Source: Verrucomicrobiota bacterium
Lineage (GTDB): Bacteria > Verrucomicrobiota > Verrucomicrobiia > Opitutales > Seribacteraceae
Direction of reading: 5' to 3'
Assembly (NCBI GenBank): GCA_027622665.1
Contig: JAQBYT010000022.1
Coordinates: 1-60,328 of the forward strand
Length of the DNA stretch: 60,328 bases
The notes below the pieces were generated by a model that saw only the letters and a list, made by a program, of their open reading frames with translations, was not told the origin of the DNA and searched no databases. The first letter of the stretch is position 1. Each line of letters opens with the position of its first letter. Below, piece after piece: positions 8,524 through 18,585 of the stretch. The translations under genes and the position numbers were made by a program.

Positions 8524-11172
8524 ATGACCAAGCATAAAGAAGACACTCCCATGATGAAGCAGTACCGGGAGGCTCGCGCGAGCCTGACTCCGGATACCTT
8601 GCTGCTCTTTCGTCTTGGCGACTTTTACGAGATGTTCGAGGTTGATGCTGAACGGGGTGCGCCAGTTCTTGGTATCACTCTCACGAAGAGGCACGATATG
8701 GCGATGGCAGGGTTCCCTTTCCATGCGGCCGAGGGGTATCTCGCAAAGTTGCTTGCAAACGGTTACAAGGTCGCGATATGCGAGCAATTGGAGACTCCCA
8801 AGGCGGGCAAACTTGTCAAGCGGGGCATCACTCGCATATTAACTCCGGGGACGGTTCTGGAGGAGCGCCAACTGGAAGCAGGGCAAAACAATTTTATTTT
8901 GGCCTTGGATTGCGACAAGAAAGGAGCTCGGGCCGCTTGGCTTGATCTTTCCACTGGAAAGTTCGTTCTCGCTTCCGCGGAAGACCCGAACGACCTTCTG
9001 GCCGCCTTTGCCTCTCTCGCTCCGCACGAATACCTTATGCCGGAAGGCTTAGCTGATCGGGCGAGTCGTGACCCCGATCTGGCGACTTTTCTTGATGAGT
9101 TCCAACACTTGCTTGGCGAGGTTACGCGAACGGATCGTCCCGACTATGATTTCGACCAACGTCCCGGAGCTCGCGAGGTCATGGAGAACCTCGGAGTCAT
9201 GAATCTTGAAGGATTTGGAATCGGACTCGATCATGCCGGACTCGGGCCTGCAGGAGCCTTGCTTATTTATGCCAACGACGTATTGCGGGGTAAGCCGGGC
9301 AACCTGCGCAGGGTGGAGGAGTATCGGAGCGGGGCCGCGCTTTTGGTGGATCCGGCGACCCAGAGGAACTTGGAGGTGTTCCGCACTTCTTCCAACTCTC
9401 GCAAGGGTTCGTTGCTTGATGCTATGGACGAAACAGTTACGTCGGCCGGGGGACGTTTGTTGGAGCGTTACCTGGGGCAACCCGAGCTGGATCTTGCGGA
9501 AATCAGTCGTCGCCAACAGTGCGTGGGAGAATTTGCGGAAGCTCCCGGATTGGCCGAGAAGGTTCGCGATGCTTTGCGTGGCGGGAACGACGTCGAGCGC
9601 ATCCTTGGCCGTTTGCGAAACCGTTTGGCCCGACCCCGGGAACTCGGTGGGCTCCGGGCAACCTTGCGAAACCTGCCCGTCTTGGCTGATTTGCTGAGGG
9701 AGGCCTCCGAAAGGCATCCGCGCATCGGCGGACTCGGGCAAGATCTATGCACCTTCGACGATCTTTGCGAACTGCTGAATGAGGCGCTCGAGGAGGAGTT
9801 GCCCGCCGACATCAAGGTGGACGTGAAGTCGGATGGCGGCCGAGTTATTCGTCCCGGTTTTAATGAGGACTTGGATCGCCTGCGTGAGTTGGGTTCCGGT
9901 GGCAAACAGTGGATTCTCGATCTGGAAACATCCGAGAGGGAGAATACGGGCATCGGAAACCTAAAGGTGAAATACAATGGAGCATTCGGTTATTTCATCG
10001 AGGTGACCAAGGCCAATCTCTCACTTGTTCCCGAGCATTACGTCCGGAAACAAACAATGACTAATGCCGAGCGCTACTTTACCGAGGAGCTCAGGCAGAA
10101 GGAAAAGGAAATAGTGAACGCCGAGGAACGATCAGTGGCCAGAGAGGAGGAATTGTTTCGCGAGGTCTTGGATTCGGCCTTGAGGGAAGCCGATGCCCTT
10201 GCCGAGATGGCTTCCGTCCTTGCGGAAATTGATCTTTATTCATCATGGGGGTGTATCGCTCGAGATCGCGGATATTGTAGGCCTGAATTTCAAGAAAGTT
10301 CCTCCGTCCTCGAAATCGAGCAAGGGCGTCATCCAGTGGTGGAACTCTCCCTCAAAAGTGAGAGCCTAGGGTTAGCGGGAACTCACGCCTTCGTGCCGAA
10401 CGATTGCCAACTCTCTTCCGAGCACGAGCAGATATGCCTGATCACGGGCCCCAACATGGCGGGGAAGTCGACTTTTATTCGGCAAGTGGCTTTGATCGCT
10501 CTCTTGGCTCACGTCGGTTCTTGGGTGCCTGCCCGGGCCTGCCGTTTGGGTTTGGTGGATCGTATCTTTTCTCGAGTCGGGGCGGGTGATGAGCTTGCCC
10601 GAGGTAATTCCACTTTTATGGTTGAGATGAACGAGACGGCCAATATCCTCAATAACTGTACGAATCGGAGCTTGATCGTTCTGGACGAGATAGGTCGTGG
10701 GACCAGCACCTACGACGGTCTCAGCATCGCATGGGCGGTGGTGGAGCATCTTCACGGGAAGGTCTCCGCCGGCCCCAAGACACTTTTTGCGACGCACTAC
10801 CATGAACTGACCCGTCTATCCGAAAGCTTGCCCAGACTCCTCAATTACTCGGTCGCAGTGAAGGAATGGAATGACGAAATCGTCTTCGTCCGCCAAGTCA
10901 CGCCGGGAGCCTCGGAACGATCATTCGGCATTCAAGTGGCTCGTCTAGCCGGCTTGCCCGATAGCGTCGTCAACCGAGCCAAGACGATTCTTCAGAGTTT
11001 GGAAGTGGGGGATGCCGAGGCGGCGAGGGTCGATGCGGAAGACGCCTCGATTCCTGAACCCGATTCTTCCGAAGACACGACTGCTGTAGAACCAGAACCT
11101 CCCGATGGTGAGGAATCTTCCGTTGGGGAGAAACCTGATTCGGACAATAACAGGCAGCTCGAGCTGTTCTAA
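8524..11172 (+). CDS. mutS: DNA mismatch repair protein MutS
   Basis: Motifs TPMMKQY, FRLGDFYEMF, Walker A ITGPNMAGKST, STFMVEM, DEIGRGTST and FATHYHEL. Confidence 0.97.
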   Translation: MTKHKEDTPMMKQYREARASLTPDTLLLFRLGDFYEMFEVDAERGAPVLGITLTKRHDMAMAGFPFHAAEGYLAKLLANGYKVAICEQLETPKAGKLVKRGITRILTPGTVLEERQLEAGQNNFILALDCDKKGARAAWLDLSTGKFVLASAEDPNDLLAAFASLAPHEYLMPEGLADRASRDPDLATFLDEFQHLLGEVTRTDRPDYDFDQRPGAREVMENLGVMNLEGFGIGLDHAGLGPAGALLIYANDVLRGKPGNLRRVEEYRSGAALLVDPATQRNLEVFRTSSNSRKGSLLDAMDETVTSAGGRLLERYLGQPELDLAEISRRQQCVGEFAEAPGLAEKVRDALRGGNDVERILGRLRNRLARPRELGGLRATLRNLPVLADLLREASERHPRIGGLGQDLCTFDDLCELLNEALEEELPADIKVDVKSDGGRVIRPGFNEDLDRLRELGSGGKQWILDLETSERENTGIGNLKVKYNGAFGYFIEVTKANLSLVPEHYVRKQTMTNAERYFTEELRQKEKEIVNAEERSVAREEELFREVLDSALREADALAEMASVLAEIDLYSSWGCIARDRGYCRPEFQESSSVLEIEQGRHPVVELSLKSESLGLAGTHAFVPNDCQLSSEHEQICLITGPNMAGKSTFIRQVALIALLAHVGSWVPARACRLGLVDRIFSRVGAGDELARGNSTFMVEMNETANILNNCTNRSLIVLDEIGRGTSTYDGLSIAWAVVEHLHGKVSAGPKTLFATHYHELTRLSESLPRLLNYSVAVKEWNDEIVFVRQVTPGASERSFGIQVARLAGLPDSVVNRAKTILQSLEVGDAEAARVDAEDASIPEPDSSEDTTAVEPEPPDGEESSVGEKPDSDNNRQLELF

Positions 11173-11177
11173 AGCGG

Positions 11178-11951
11178 ATGGCGATTCGGACACTCGTCTT
11201 CGATCACGCCGGTTCGGAAGGCGCCCCCCCCATAGTTTTTCTTCATGGATTGCTCGGTTCTCGCCGAAATTGGAGATCCGTAGTCAGGGATATCTCTACA
11301 GAACGTCGAGTGTTCTCGGTCGATCTACGCAATCATGGAGATTCCTTTCATGATGAGAATGGTACTCTCGCTTCCATGGTCGAGGATTTGCGATTTTGGA
11401 TCGACGAGCGAGGTCTGGACTCCTTCGTCTTGTGCGGGCACAGTCTAGGGGGCAAGGTCGCGATGAAGTTCGCCTGTCTTTATGGCGATCGAGTGACGCG
11501 TCTCGTCGTGGTCGACATTGCTCCTCGTGACTATCCGTCTGAGCATCACCTGCCGACCTTCGATGGTTTGCTTGCCCTCAACCTCCAAACGCTTTCCTCT
11601 CACAAGGACGCTGACGAGCGTCTGACGGAAGCGTTTCCGAATTGGGCCTTTCGTAAGTTTCTTCTCACCAATCTCGCGGAGGAAGCGGGAATATTCCGAT
11701 GGAAAGCAAATATTCGCGCATTGCGGTCCTCTTTGCCTGATCTTTCGAGGAACCCGTTGACCCTGGAAGAATCCTACGGTGGTGACGCGACTTTCGTGAA
11801 CGGGGGTAAATCTTCTTACGTTCGCCTTGAGGATGAGGATTCAATCATTCGTCATTTCCCGAAGGCTCGAATCGTGGTTTTACCTAAGGCAGGACATTTC
11901 GTTCATGCCGAGGACAAGGCGGGGTTCTTGTCTGCTTTGCGAGAAATCTAG
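11178..11951 (+). CDS. Alpha/beta hydrolase, YbfF-like esterase
   Basis: Motifs HGLLGS, DLRNHG, nucleophile elbow GHSLGG and GHFVHAE. Confidence 0.9.
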   Translation: MAIRTLVFDHAGSEGAPPIVFLHGLLGSRRNWRSVVRDISTERRVFSVDLRNHGDSFHDENGTLASMVEDLRFWIDERGLDSFVLCGHSLGGKVAMKFACLYGDRVTRLVVVDIAPRDYPSEHHLPTFDGLLALNLQTLSSHKDADERLTEAFPNWAFRKFLLTNLAEEAGIFRWKANIRALRSSLPDLSRNPLTLEESYGGDATFVNGGKSSYVRLEDEDSIIRHFPKARIVVLPKAGHFVHAEDKAGFLSALREI

Positions 11952-11985
11952 TTTCAGGCCTAGCCCTGTTTCCTCAGACCACGGT

Positions 11986-13188
11986 CTAGCTTTCAGGAAA
12001 TCGGTTGTTCGGTTTCTCCAGTGGGTCGGTGATTCGTGCGCCTCGGGAAGCTTCGAACCGGTGAATTTTCGGATTGTTCCCAAATGTTTTTCTGAAAGCG
12101 GTCGCGGTTGCTTTAGCTTCGGTTCGTGAAAATTCGTGATCCGTCCACGCGAGCACCGCACCTCCAAATCCTCCGCCGGTTAGACGTGCTCCAAGGACGC
12201 TTGGACGCCCACGCAGGTCATCCACGAGGAAATCGAGCTCGGGGCAACTGTTTTCAAATAGGTCGCGTGAACTGGCATGCGAGGCGAAGAGAAGTTCACC
12301 AATCTTCTTTGGCGAAACATCATCCTTGAGAAGTTCGATCGCTCGGTCGACTCGAGCAGTTTCCTCGACGACGTGGAGGGCTCGCTTGGATAAGGGGGCG
12401 GGGAGATTCGCCGAAGTAAGCAATCCTTCGGATGCTGCGGCAAGGCAGGGCAGGGCAGGTTCCCGCTTCTTTAGCAGTTCCAGCGCTTGCGCGCACTCGG
12501 AGTGTCGTGTGGCATAGAGAGAGTCAATAAGGTCGTGCTTGATCCCCGTATCGAAGATCCATAGACAGGTATGTTTGGGCAGGGGCAGTGTGGAGAAGTT
12601 TTCTTTCTCGCAGTCGATGAGAACTAGGTGGTCCTTCTCGCCATAGGCGGAGACCCCTTGATCGAGAATCCCGCAGGGTAGCCCGACGAATTCATTTTCC
12701 GCCCGACGACATAAGCGGGCAAGGTCGCTTTTGCCTAACTCGTGCCCGCCGAGTTGAAGGAGCGCGAGGGCAGTCGCCAGTTCTACGGCGGCACTGGAAC
12801 TGAGTCCTGCAGCGAGGGGCAGGTCTGTCGTCAGGATCAACTCAAAGCCCGATGGTGGAGCAAGTCCTGCTTCCTTTAAGGACCAAAGAACGCCGAGCGG
12901 ATAGTTAGCCCAGGATCCCGGCCCTTTGCGGGAAGAAAGGTCGTTAAGGGAGGTCTCGACCACTTCGTTCTCAAAGCTCTCGCTGAAGAGTCTAATCGTT
13001 TGCTCTTTTCGAGGTCTTGCGAGTGTGCAAACCGTGCCGTTAATTGCGGCGCCAAGCACTTTACCGCCATTGTAGTCGATATGGTTGCCTAAAAACTCGA
13101 TCCGCCCGGGAGCTTCGGCGGAGCGGCAATCCTGCATGTACTCTCTATATGCGTTAAGGCATCGAGCCTTTTTCTCCTCTTCGATCAT
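11986..13188 (-). CDS. galK: Galactokinase (GHMP kinase)
   Basis: Motifs APGRIEFLGNHIDYNGG, LPLAAGLSSSAA, CGILDQ and GARLTGGGFGG. Confidence 0.88.
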   Translation of the reverse strand: MIEEEKKARCLNAYREYMQDCRSAEAPGRIEFLGNHIDYNGGKVLGAAINGTVCTLARPRKEQTIRLFSESFENEVVETSLNDLSSRKGPGSWANYPLGVLWSLKEAGLAPPSGFELILTTDLPLAAGLSSSAAVELATALALLQLGGHELGKSDLARLCRRAENEFVGLPCGILDQGVSAYGEKDHLVLIDCEKENFSTLPLPKHTCLWIFDTGIKHDLIDSLYATRHSECAQALELLKKREPALPCLAAASEGLLTSANLPAPLSKRALHVVEETARVDRAIELLKDDVSPKKIGELLFASHASSRDLFENSCPELDFLVDDLRGRPSVLGARLTGGGFGGAVLAWTDHEFSRTEAKATATAFRKTFGNNPKIHRFEASRGARITDPLEKPNNRFPES

Positions 13189-13192
13189 CTTG

Positions 13193-13224
13193 CAAAAAAA
13201 AACCTGCGGCGAACCGCAGGTTTT
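13193..13224 (-). terminator. Rho-independent terminator downstream of the HU gene
   Basis: Minus strand reads AAAACCTGCGG-TTCG-CCGCAGGTT followed by a run of T, about 25 nt after the HU stop. Confidence 0.8.
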
Positions 13225-13248
13225 AAAAAAGATAGATGGAAAAAAGTC

Positions 13249-13521
13249 TCAGAGAGAAGCTTTCAGCTTTGTGCCGGGCTTGAACTTCACTGATTTGGAG
13301 GCCTTGATCTTAATCTTGTCGCCGGTTTGAGGATTGATACCGTCACGGGCAGCTCTTTTCACGACCGAAAATGTGCCGAATCCAATGATTTGAACATTCT
13401 CTTTCTTTACGGCTTTAGTAATGCTGTCGATCACGGCATTAAGAGCAGCATCTGCAGCAGCTCGAGAGGCATCCTTGCCCAGGTTTTTTTGTATGGCGTC
13501 AATCAGTTGTCCTTTATTCAT
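13249..13521 (-). CDS. hup: HU family DNA-binding protein
   Basis: MNKGQLIDAI...VQIIGFGTF...RDGINPQTG.KIKI.AS..VKFKPG. Confidence 0.95.
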   Translation of the reverse strand: MNKGQLIDAIQKNLGKDASRAAADAALNAVIDSITKAVKKENVQIIGFGTFSVVKRAARDGINPQTGDKIKIKASKSVKFKPGTKLKASL

Positions 13522-13626
13522 TTACGATTCCTTTTGTTTAGAAGTTTGGTTGATATTTTTTAAGCCAGTAAGTGGGGTAGTCTCCATGCCTCTTTTTTTT
13601 TGGCATTTCGTCAACCCCTTTTTGCT

Positions 13627-13887
13627 CTAGGCTTTATCTTTTCTGATTTTTTGCTCCTCCGTGATCCCGTAAGTCGCTTGTTCAGAGGGCTTCAGATTAC
13701 CACGAGAACCACAAGTCACAGTTTCCAGAAGTCCTTGAAGAGCTTCAGTTTTCGTAATGTTTAGCTCAGTCGAAAGCTGTTCTGCCCGCTTGAGCAGTTG
13801 GTCTGCCATCCGCAAAGCCTGTTTTTTTTCGGATCCGAGGCTCGAAAATATCCCCGCAATATCGCTAATTTCGTTATTCTCGTTCAT
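13627..13887 (-). CDS. Small hypothetical protein
   Basis: 86 aa ORF overlapping the ygfZ stop, which suggests translational coupling. Confidence 0.6.
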   Translation of the reverse strand: MNENNEISDIAGIFSSLGSEKKQALRMADQLLKRAEQLSTELNITKTEALQGLLETVTCGSRGNLKPSEQATYGITEEQKIRKDKA

Positions 13888-14807
13888 TTAATGAAGATTT
13901 TGGGCTCACTCGAAGGCAAAAGGGAGAGTCCCGTCGCCCTTATTTCGGGTAAAAGATTGTGACGAACCAAGACCATGCCTAATCCGTTAGGCTTGGATTT
14001 GTATTTAAAGAAGCTTTTTAATTGGCCGACTTTCTTGCCTTCCAGGAAAAGATCGGCGGGTAATGTTGTAGGGGGTTCTTTTTTTATGGTTGCCGGCAGC
14101 AGGACGCGTTGGACTTGCCCCATGGAGTGAATTCTCGCCATGACTTCTTGTCCGAGGTAGCAACCTTTGTCGAAATCAACGGCACCATCCTCCAATCCGC
14201 CTTCCTGAGGAAGTTCGCCTGGGCCCATTTCAATGGGAATGGCAGGCATGCCTGATTCAATTCGGGCGAGAGTCAGGGAATTGGCATTGGCAATGGTAAC
14301 GATACCTTCCTTCGTTGATTTCTTCAAAAACTTGCTCAGTGCTTTGGCGTGTTCCTCGTCTGCCAGAATATCGATGTTGGCCGGTTTCGTTTTTCGCCCC
14401 CAAAAAATCAAACCGAATTCTGTTACGGCAAAAGAATTCGCTTTTGGCAGTGTGAAAGCGAACTGCGAACTAATGGCTTCATAGTCGCCTCCCCAAAGCG
14501 AAATGATTTCGTGTCCATCTGTTCGATCCTCGAATTCAACGTCGTCGGCCACCACGTTTTCCTCCAGAAGTGCGATCAGGTTCGCCGCGGGGCAATCGTA
14601 ACTGACGATAAGGAAGTTTTCATCGTCCTTTCTCAGAATGAAGCCATCGGCAAGGATCCGACCCTTGCGATTGAGGCGCAGTCCATAGGTCGCTTGATTC
14701 TCTCCTTGCGAGTCAAGTTGTGAGCTCCACTGGCTCTGCAAATAGGCAAGAGAATCCTCTCCCGAGGCAAGGACGACGGCAGCCGGATGATGGTGGTGAG
14801 CAAACAT
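13884..14807 (-). CDS. ygfZ: YgfZ/GcvT-like folate-binding protein
   Basis: Signature KGCYLGQE motif. Alternative start at 14825. Confidence 0.9.
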   Translation of the reverse strand: MFAHHHHPAAVVLASGEDSLAYLQSQWSSQLDSQGENQATYGLRLNRKGRILADGFILRKDDENFLIVSYDCPAANLIALLEENVVADDVEFEDRTDGHEIISLWGGDYEAISSQFAFTLPKANSFAVTEFGLIFWGRKTKPANIDILADEEHAKALSKFLKKSTKEGIVTIANANSLTLARIESGMPAIPIEMGPGELPQEGGLEDGAVDFDKGCYLGQEVMARIHSMGQVQRVLLPATIKKEPPTTLPADLFLEGKKVGQLKSFFKYKSKPNGLGMVLVRHNLLPEIRATGLSLLPSSEPKIFIK

Positions 14808-14878
14808 AAATACCTTTATTAGCATATTTTTTAAAGTTTGTCTTGTTCATACGAGCTTGGCTTTTATGGTTCGCTAAC

Positions 14879-15937
14879 GTGCAACAAGTAACTGACTTAC
14901 GAATTCTCTCATCAGACCCGCTCCCGGCTCCAGCCGAACTTTGCGATGAAATCTCTCGCAGTCCCGAGCAAATAGGCTTCGTCGCGGAAGCCCGCGAAAA
15001 GCTACATCGCATTATTCACGGTGAAGACAAGCGACTTCTTTGCGTGGTGGGACCCTGTTCCATTCACGACTTGGATGCCTGTCGCGAATATGCCGGGCGT
15101 TTCCGCGGATTGGCCGAGGAACTGGATGATCGACTCCTGCTCGTGCTTCGCGTCTATTTCGAAAAGCCTCGCACTACCTTGGGTTGGAAGGGATTAATCA
15201 TGGATCCCAAGCTTAACGGCACCTGCGACATTCCCGAAGGTCTCCGTATCGCCCGAAGATTTCTTGGCGAGGTGCTGGACCTGGGCATTCCCACTGCCAC
15301 CGAGTTGCTCGATCCCATCACGCCGCAATACATTGCCGACTCCCTTTGCTGGTCGGCGATCGGGGCCCGCACCTCCGAATCCCAGACCCATCGTCAGATG
15401 GCTTCCGGTCTTTCCATGCCAGTCGGGTTCAAGAATTCCACGAGTGGCGATGTGAAGGCGGCCGTCTACGGGATTTTGGCGGCCACTCAGAGTCAAACCT
15501 TTCTCGGAATAACCAAGGATGGTCGGGCTTCCGCCGTCACTACTGGAGGTAACCCCGACTGCCAACTAATTCTTAGGGGTGGTTCCTCCGGGTCCAACTA
15601 TTCCGTGGAGCATGTTGCGGTTGCGGAAGAGGCTCTCAACGCGGCCGAGGTGGCTGCCTCGATCATGATCGATTGCAGCCACGCCAACAGCGGAAAGGAT
15701 CCGCAACGTCAGCCAATCGTGATGGAGGAGGTATTGAGTCAAGTGTCCAACGGTTCGGACGTCATCCATTCCGTAATGATCGAGAGCCACTTGAATGCCG
15801 GCAGTCAATCCTTCCCGCGTCCGCTGGAGGATCTCGAATATGGTGTTTCGATTACCGATGGTTGCATCGACTGGTCTTCCACGGAGGCCCTTCTTCGCCG
15901 AACCGCCGAGGTGATAGACAAGGCAAGATTTTCCTGA
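14879..15937 (+). CDS. 3-deoxy-7-phosphoheptulonate (DAHP) synthase, class I
   Basis: Motifs GPCSIHD, RVYFEKPRT..GWKG, IGARTSESQTHR, DCSHANS and SITDGCI. GTG start inferred. Confidence 0.95.
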   Translation: MQQVTDLRILSSDPLPAPAELCDEISRSPEQIGFVAEAREKLHRIIHGEDKRLLCVVGPCSIHDLDACREYAGRFRGLAEELDDRLLLVLRVYFEKPRTTLGWKGLIMDPKLNGTCDIPEGLRIARRFLGEVLDLGIPTATELLDPITPQYIADSLCWSAIGARTSESQTHRQMASGLSMPVGFKNSTSGDVKAAVYGILAATQSQTFLGITKDGRASAVTTGGNPDCQLILRGGSSGSNYSVEHVAVAEEALNAAEVAASIMIDCSHANSGKDPQRQPIVMEEVLSQVSNGSDVIHSVMIESHLNAGSQSFPRPLEDLEYGVSITDGCIDWSSTEALLRRTAEVIDKARFS

Positions 15938-15979
15938 TTTCTCTCTCAACAATCCTTCAATTATAAAAACTGAACCTCA

Positions 15980-16972
15980 ATGAACGCCCAACAACCTATT
16001 CGAGTAGCCGTTACCGGCGCAGCCGGTCAAATCGGTTATTCTCTTCTCTTTCGCATTGCGTCTGGGGAACTCTTCGGACCGGATCAACCAGTCTCGCTCA
16101 ACTTGCTTGAGATCGAGCCGGCGATGAAGGCTCTGGAGGGAGTCGTCATGGAGCTGGACGATTGTGCCTTCCCGCTTCTCCGCGACGTACGTCCCACCTG
16201 CGACCTTGACCAAGGTTTCGGCGACGCCAACTGGGCCCTGCTTGTCGGCAGCGTCCCGCGCAAGGCAGGTATGGAGCGCGGAGACTTGCTCGGCATTAAT
16301 GGGAAGATCTTTACGGGGCAGGGACAGGCCATTCAGCGATCGGCCGCTTCCGACGTCCGCGTCCTTGTGGTGGGAAACCCTTGCAACACGAACTGTCTTA
16401 TCGCGATGAACAATGCTCCCGACGTTCCGAAGGATCGCTGGTTTGCCATGACGAGACTCGATGAAAACCGGGCCGCAGCTCAACTTGCCGCCAAGGCCGG
16501 CGCCCATGTTTCCGAGGTGAGCAACGTTACCATTTGGGGCAATCATTCCGCCACTCAGTATCCCGACTATCATAACGCTCGAATCGGAGGAAGGGCTGCT
16601 TCGGAGGTGATTGACGACGAGGACTGGTGTCGCGAAACTTTCATTCCCACAGTCCAGCAACGCGGAGCCGCCATCATCCAAGCCCGAGGCTCTTCCTCTG
16701 CCGCCTCGGCTGCCAACGCCGCCATCGATACGGTGAGCTCTCTCGTGAACCCTACGCCCGAGGGCGATTGGAATAGCGTGTGCGTGGCTTCCGACGGTTC
16801 CTATGGTAGCGAAGAAGGTCTGATCACTTCCTTCCCTGTTCGTTCCGACGGGACGAACTGGTCCATTGTACAAGGGGTTCCGATCAACGATTTTGCTCGC
16901 GAAAAGATAGATGCTTCCGTGGCCGAACTGTCCGAGGAACGGTCGATGGTGCGGGATTTGTTGCCGACCTGA
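15980..16972 (+). CDS. mdh: Malate dehydrogenase
   Basis: Motifs [40 protein letters not shown] and WGNHS. Confidence 0.97.
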   Translation: MNAQQPIRVAVTGAAGQIGYSLLFRIASGELFGPDQPVSLNLLEIEPAMKALEGVVMELDDCAFPLLRDVRPTCDLDQGFGDANWALLVGSVPRKAGMERGDLLGINGKIFTGQGQAIQRSAASDVRVLVVGNPCNTNCLIAMNNAPDVPKDRWFAMTRLDENRAAAQLAAKAGAHVSEVSNVTIWGNHSATQYPDYHNARIGGRAASEVIDDEDWCRETFIPTVQQRGAAIIQARGSSSAASAANAAIDTVSSLVNPTPEGDWNSVCVASDGSYGSEEGLITSFPVRSDGTNWSIVQGVPINDFAREKIDASVAELSEERSMVRDLLPT

Positions 16973-16976
16973 ATCG

Positions 16977-17480
16977 CTACTCGAAACGACGTTCGTAAAT
17001 CCTTACATCGTGATATTTGCCAAGCTTGTAGCCTGCTTCGTGGAGTACGCCTGTTTCTCGAAAACCCAATTTCTCGTGCAGTTTTACTGAGGCCGGATTT
17101 GGTATGACCACGAGGCCATAAGCTCGATGTACTAGTCCCGTCTTTTCCACTCCCGACAGCAATACGCGATAGAGAGTTTCTCCAATGCCGTTACCCAGTT
17201 GCGTTTTGCTGATGTAAACGCTTGTCATGACCGAGGGCTCGTAAGCCGGCCTTTCGTGAAATCGGATGCTGGCTGCATATCCCGCCACCTCGCCGTCGAC
17301 TTCAGCTACGATCAATTGGTGTCGACCTGCGGGATCAAATTGCTTGAACCACTCCCGCCGGTTCTCGATCGATACCTCCTCCATCTCGAAGGTTACTGCC
17401 GATTCAAGGATATAGTGGTTAAGGATATCGCGTATTGCGGGAAGGTCTGCTTCCACGCCGTTTCGGATGGATAAGTTCAT
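16977..17480 (-). CDS. GNAT acetyltransferase, phosphinothricin/YncA-like
   Basis: Motifs AVTFE, SVYI...GNGIG and PNPASVKLHEKLGF...GYKLGKYHDV. Confidence 0.9.
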   Translation of the reverse strand: MNLSIRNGVEADLPAIRDILNHYILESAVTFEMEEVSIENRREWFKQFDPAGRHQLIVAEVDGEVAGYAASIRFHERPAYEPSVMTSVYISKTQLGNGIGETLYRVLLSGVEKTGLVHRAYGLVVIPNPASVKLHEKLGFRETGVLHEAGYKLGKYHDVRIYERRFE

Positions 17481-17495
17481 GTGGAAATCCTCCCT

Positions 17496-18494
17496 CTAGT
17501 TCACTACATTGCGAGGCGGCAATCCCTTAAGCACACGAAGGCAGTTGTTGCTTCCTTTTATGCGCATGTCGTCGATACCCTCTTCGGAGTAGAAGGCGGC
17601 GTGTGGATTGAGGATCAAGCGATGGTGGGCGGGGTGCTTCGGATCGCGCCATGCCTGCAGGAGCGGCGTGTCCTCGGTTGGTGGTTCTTGCGGGAGTACG
17701 TCGATGGCAGCGCCCGCCAGCTTCCCGCTTTGGAGCGCTTTGGCTATCGCTTCTCCGTCCGTTACGGTTCCACGGGCGGTGTTTACAAGAAACGAACCCT
17801 CGGGCATCAGGGACAGTGCTCGGTCGTCGATCAGGTTTTTCGTTTCATCGGTTCCAGGGCAATGCAGGCTTAGGACACGAGCTTGTCGCAACAGGTCGTC
17901 CAAATCCTCCATCCGGCGAATGCCGAGGGCCTTGTCGCGACCATCCGGAGCATAGGGGTCGTAATAAGCCACCTTCATCCCCAATGCCTTCGCTCGCAAG
18001 GCTGTGGCCGTGCCGATGCGACCCACGCCTACGATGCCGAAGGTTTCTTCCCGCAAACGCCGAAGTGGCTTGGCCGGTTCGTAAGACCAAGGCGCACTAG
18101 AATCGTCCCGCAGACGATTATTCAGAAAGTGAAATCCTCTGGCCAAGGCCAAGGCCATGCCGATGGCGGAGTCCGCCACCTCTTCGCTCCCATAGTCCGG
18201 TACGTTGGCAACGTCGATGCCGCGTTCCCGGGCGAAGACGTGGTCGATGTTGTCGTAACCCACGCCGCAGCGTACGATCAGGCGACAATTGGTGAGTCGC
18301 TCGATAGTCGGGCGCGTTATGGTTACGTAGTGGTAGAGCATGATTGCGTCGGCGTCCTCTACCTTGCCCGCCAAGTTTTCCTCGCCTATCGCTTGAAGCG
18401 TCTTCACCTCGGCAATATCACCCAAAATCTCGCGTTCGAACGTCGCGGGTTCTTCCACGAGATCCGTTACCACGACCTTGAAAGGATTGCTCAT
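17496..18494 (-). CDS. CtBP-like D-2-hydroxyacid dehydrogenase
   Basis: Motifs RCGVGYDNID, NVPDYG.EEVAD, GVGRIG, VNTARG and PHAAFYS. Confidence 0.9.
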   Translation of the reverse strand: MSNPFKVVVTDLVEEPATFEREILGDIAEVKTLQAIGEENLAGKVEDADAIMLYHYVTITRPTIERLTNCRLIVRCGVGYDNIDHVFARERGIDVANVPDYGSEEVADSAIGMALALARGFHFLNNRLRDDSSAPWSYEPAKPLRRLREETFGIVGVGRIGTATALRAKALGMKVAYYDPYAPDGRDKALGIRRMEDLDDLLRQARVLSLHCPGTDETKNLIDDRALSLMPEGSFLVNTARGTVTDGEAIAKALQSGKLAGAAIDVLPQEPPTEDTPLLQAWRDPKHPAHHRLILNPHAAFYSEEGIDDMRIKGSNNCLRVLKGLPPRNVVN

Positions 18495-18585
18495 CGACAG
18501 AAAGAATGGAGTATTTCCGCAACTTCGGCAAGAATTTCGCCAAGTGGGCTAACTAGGTCTTCTGGGGTTTTCGCTTAGTGGAATG

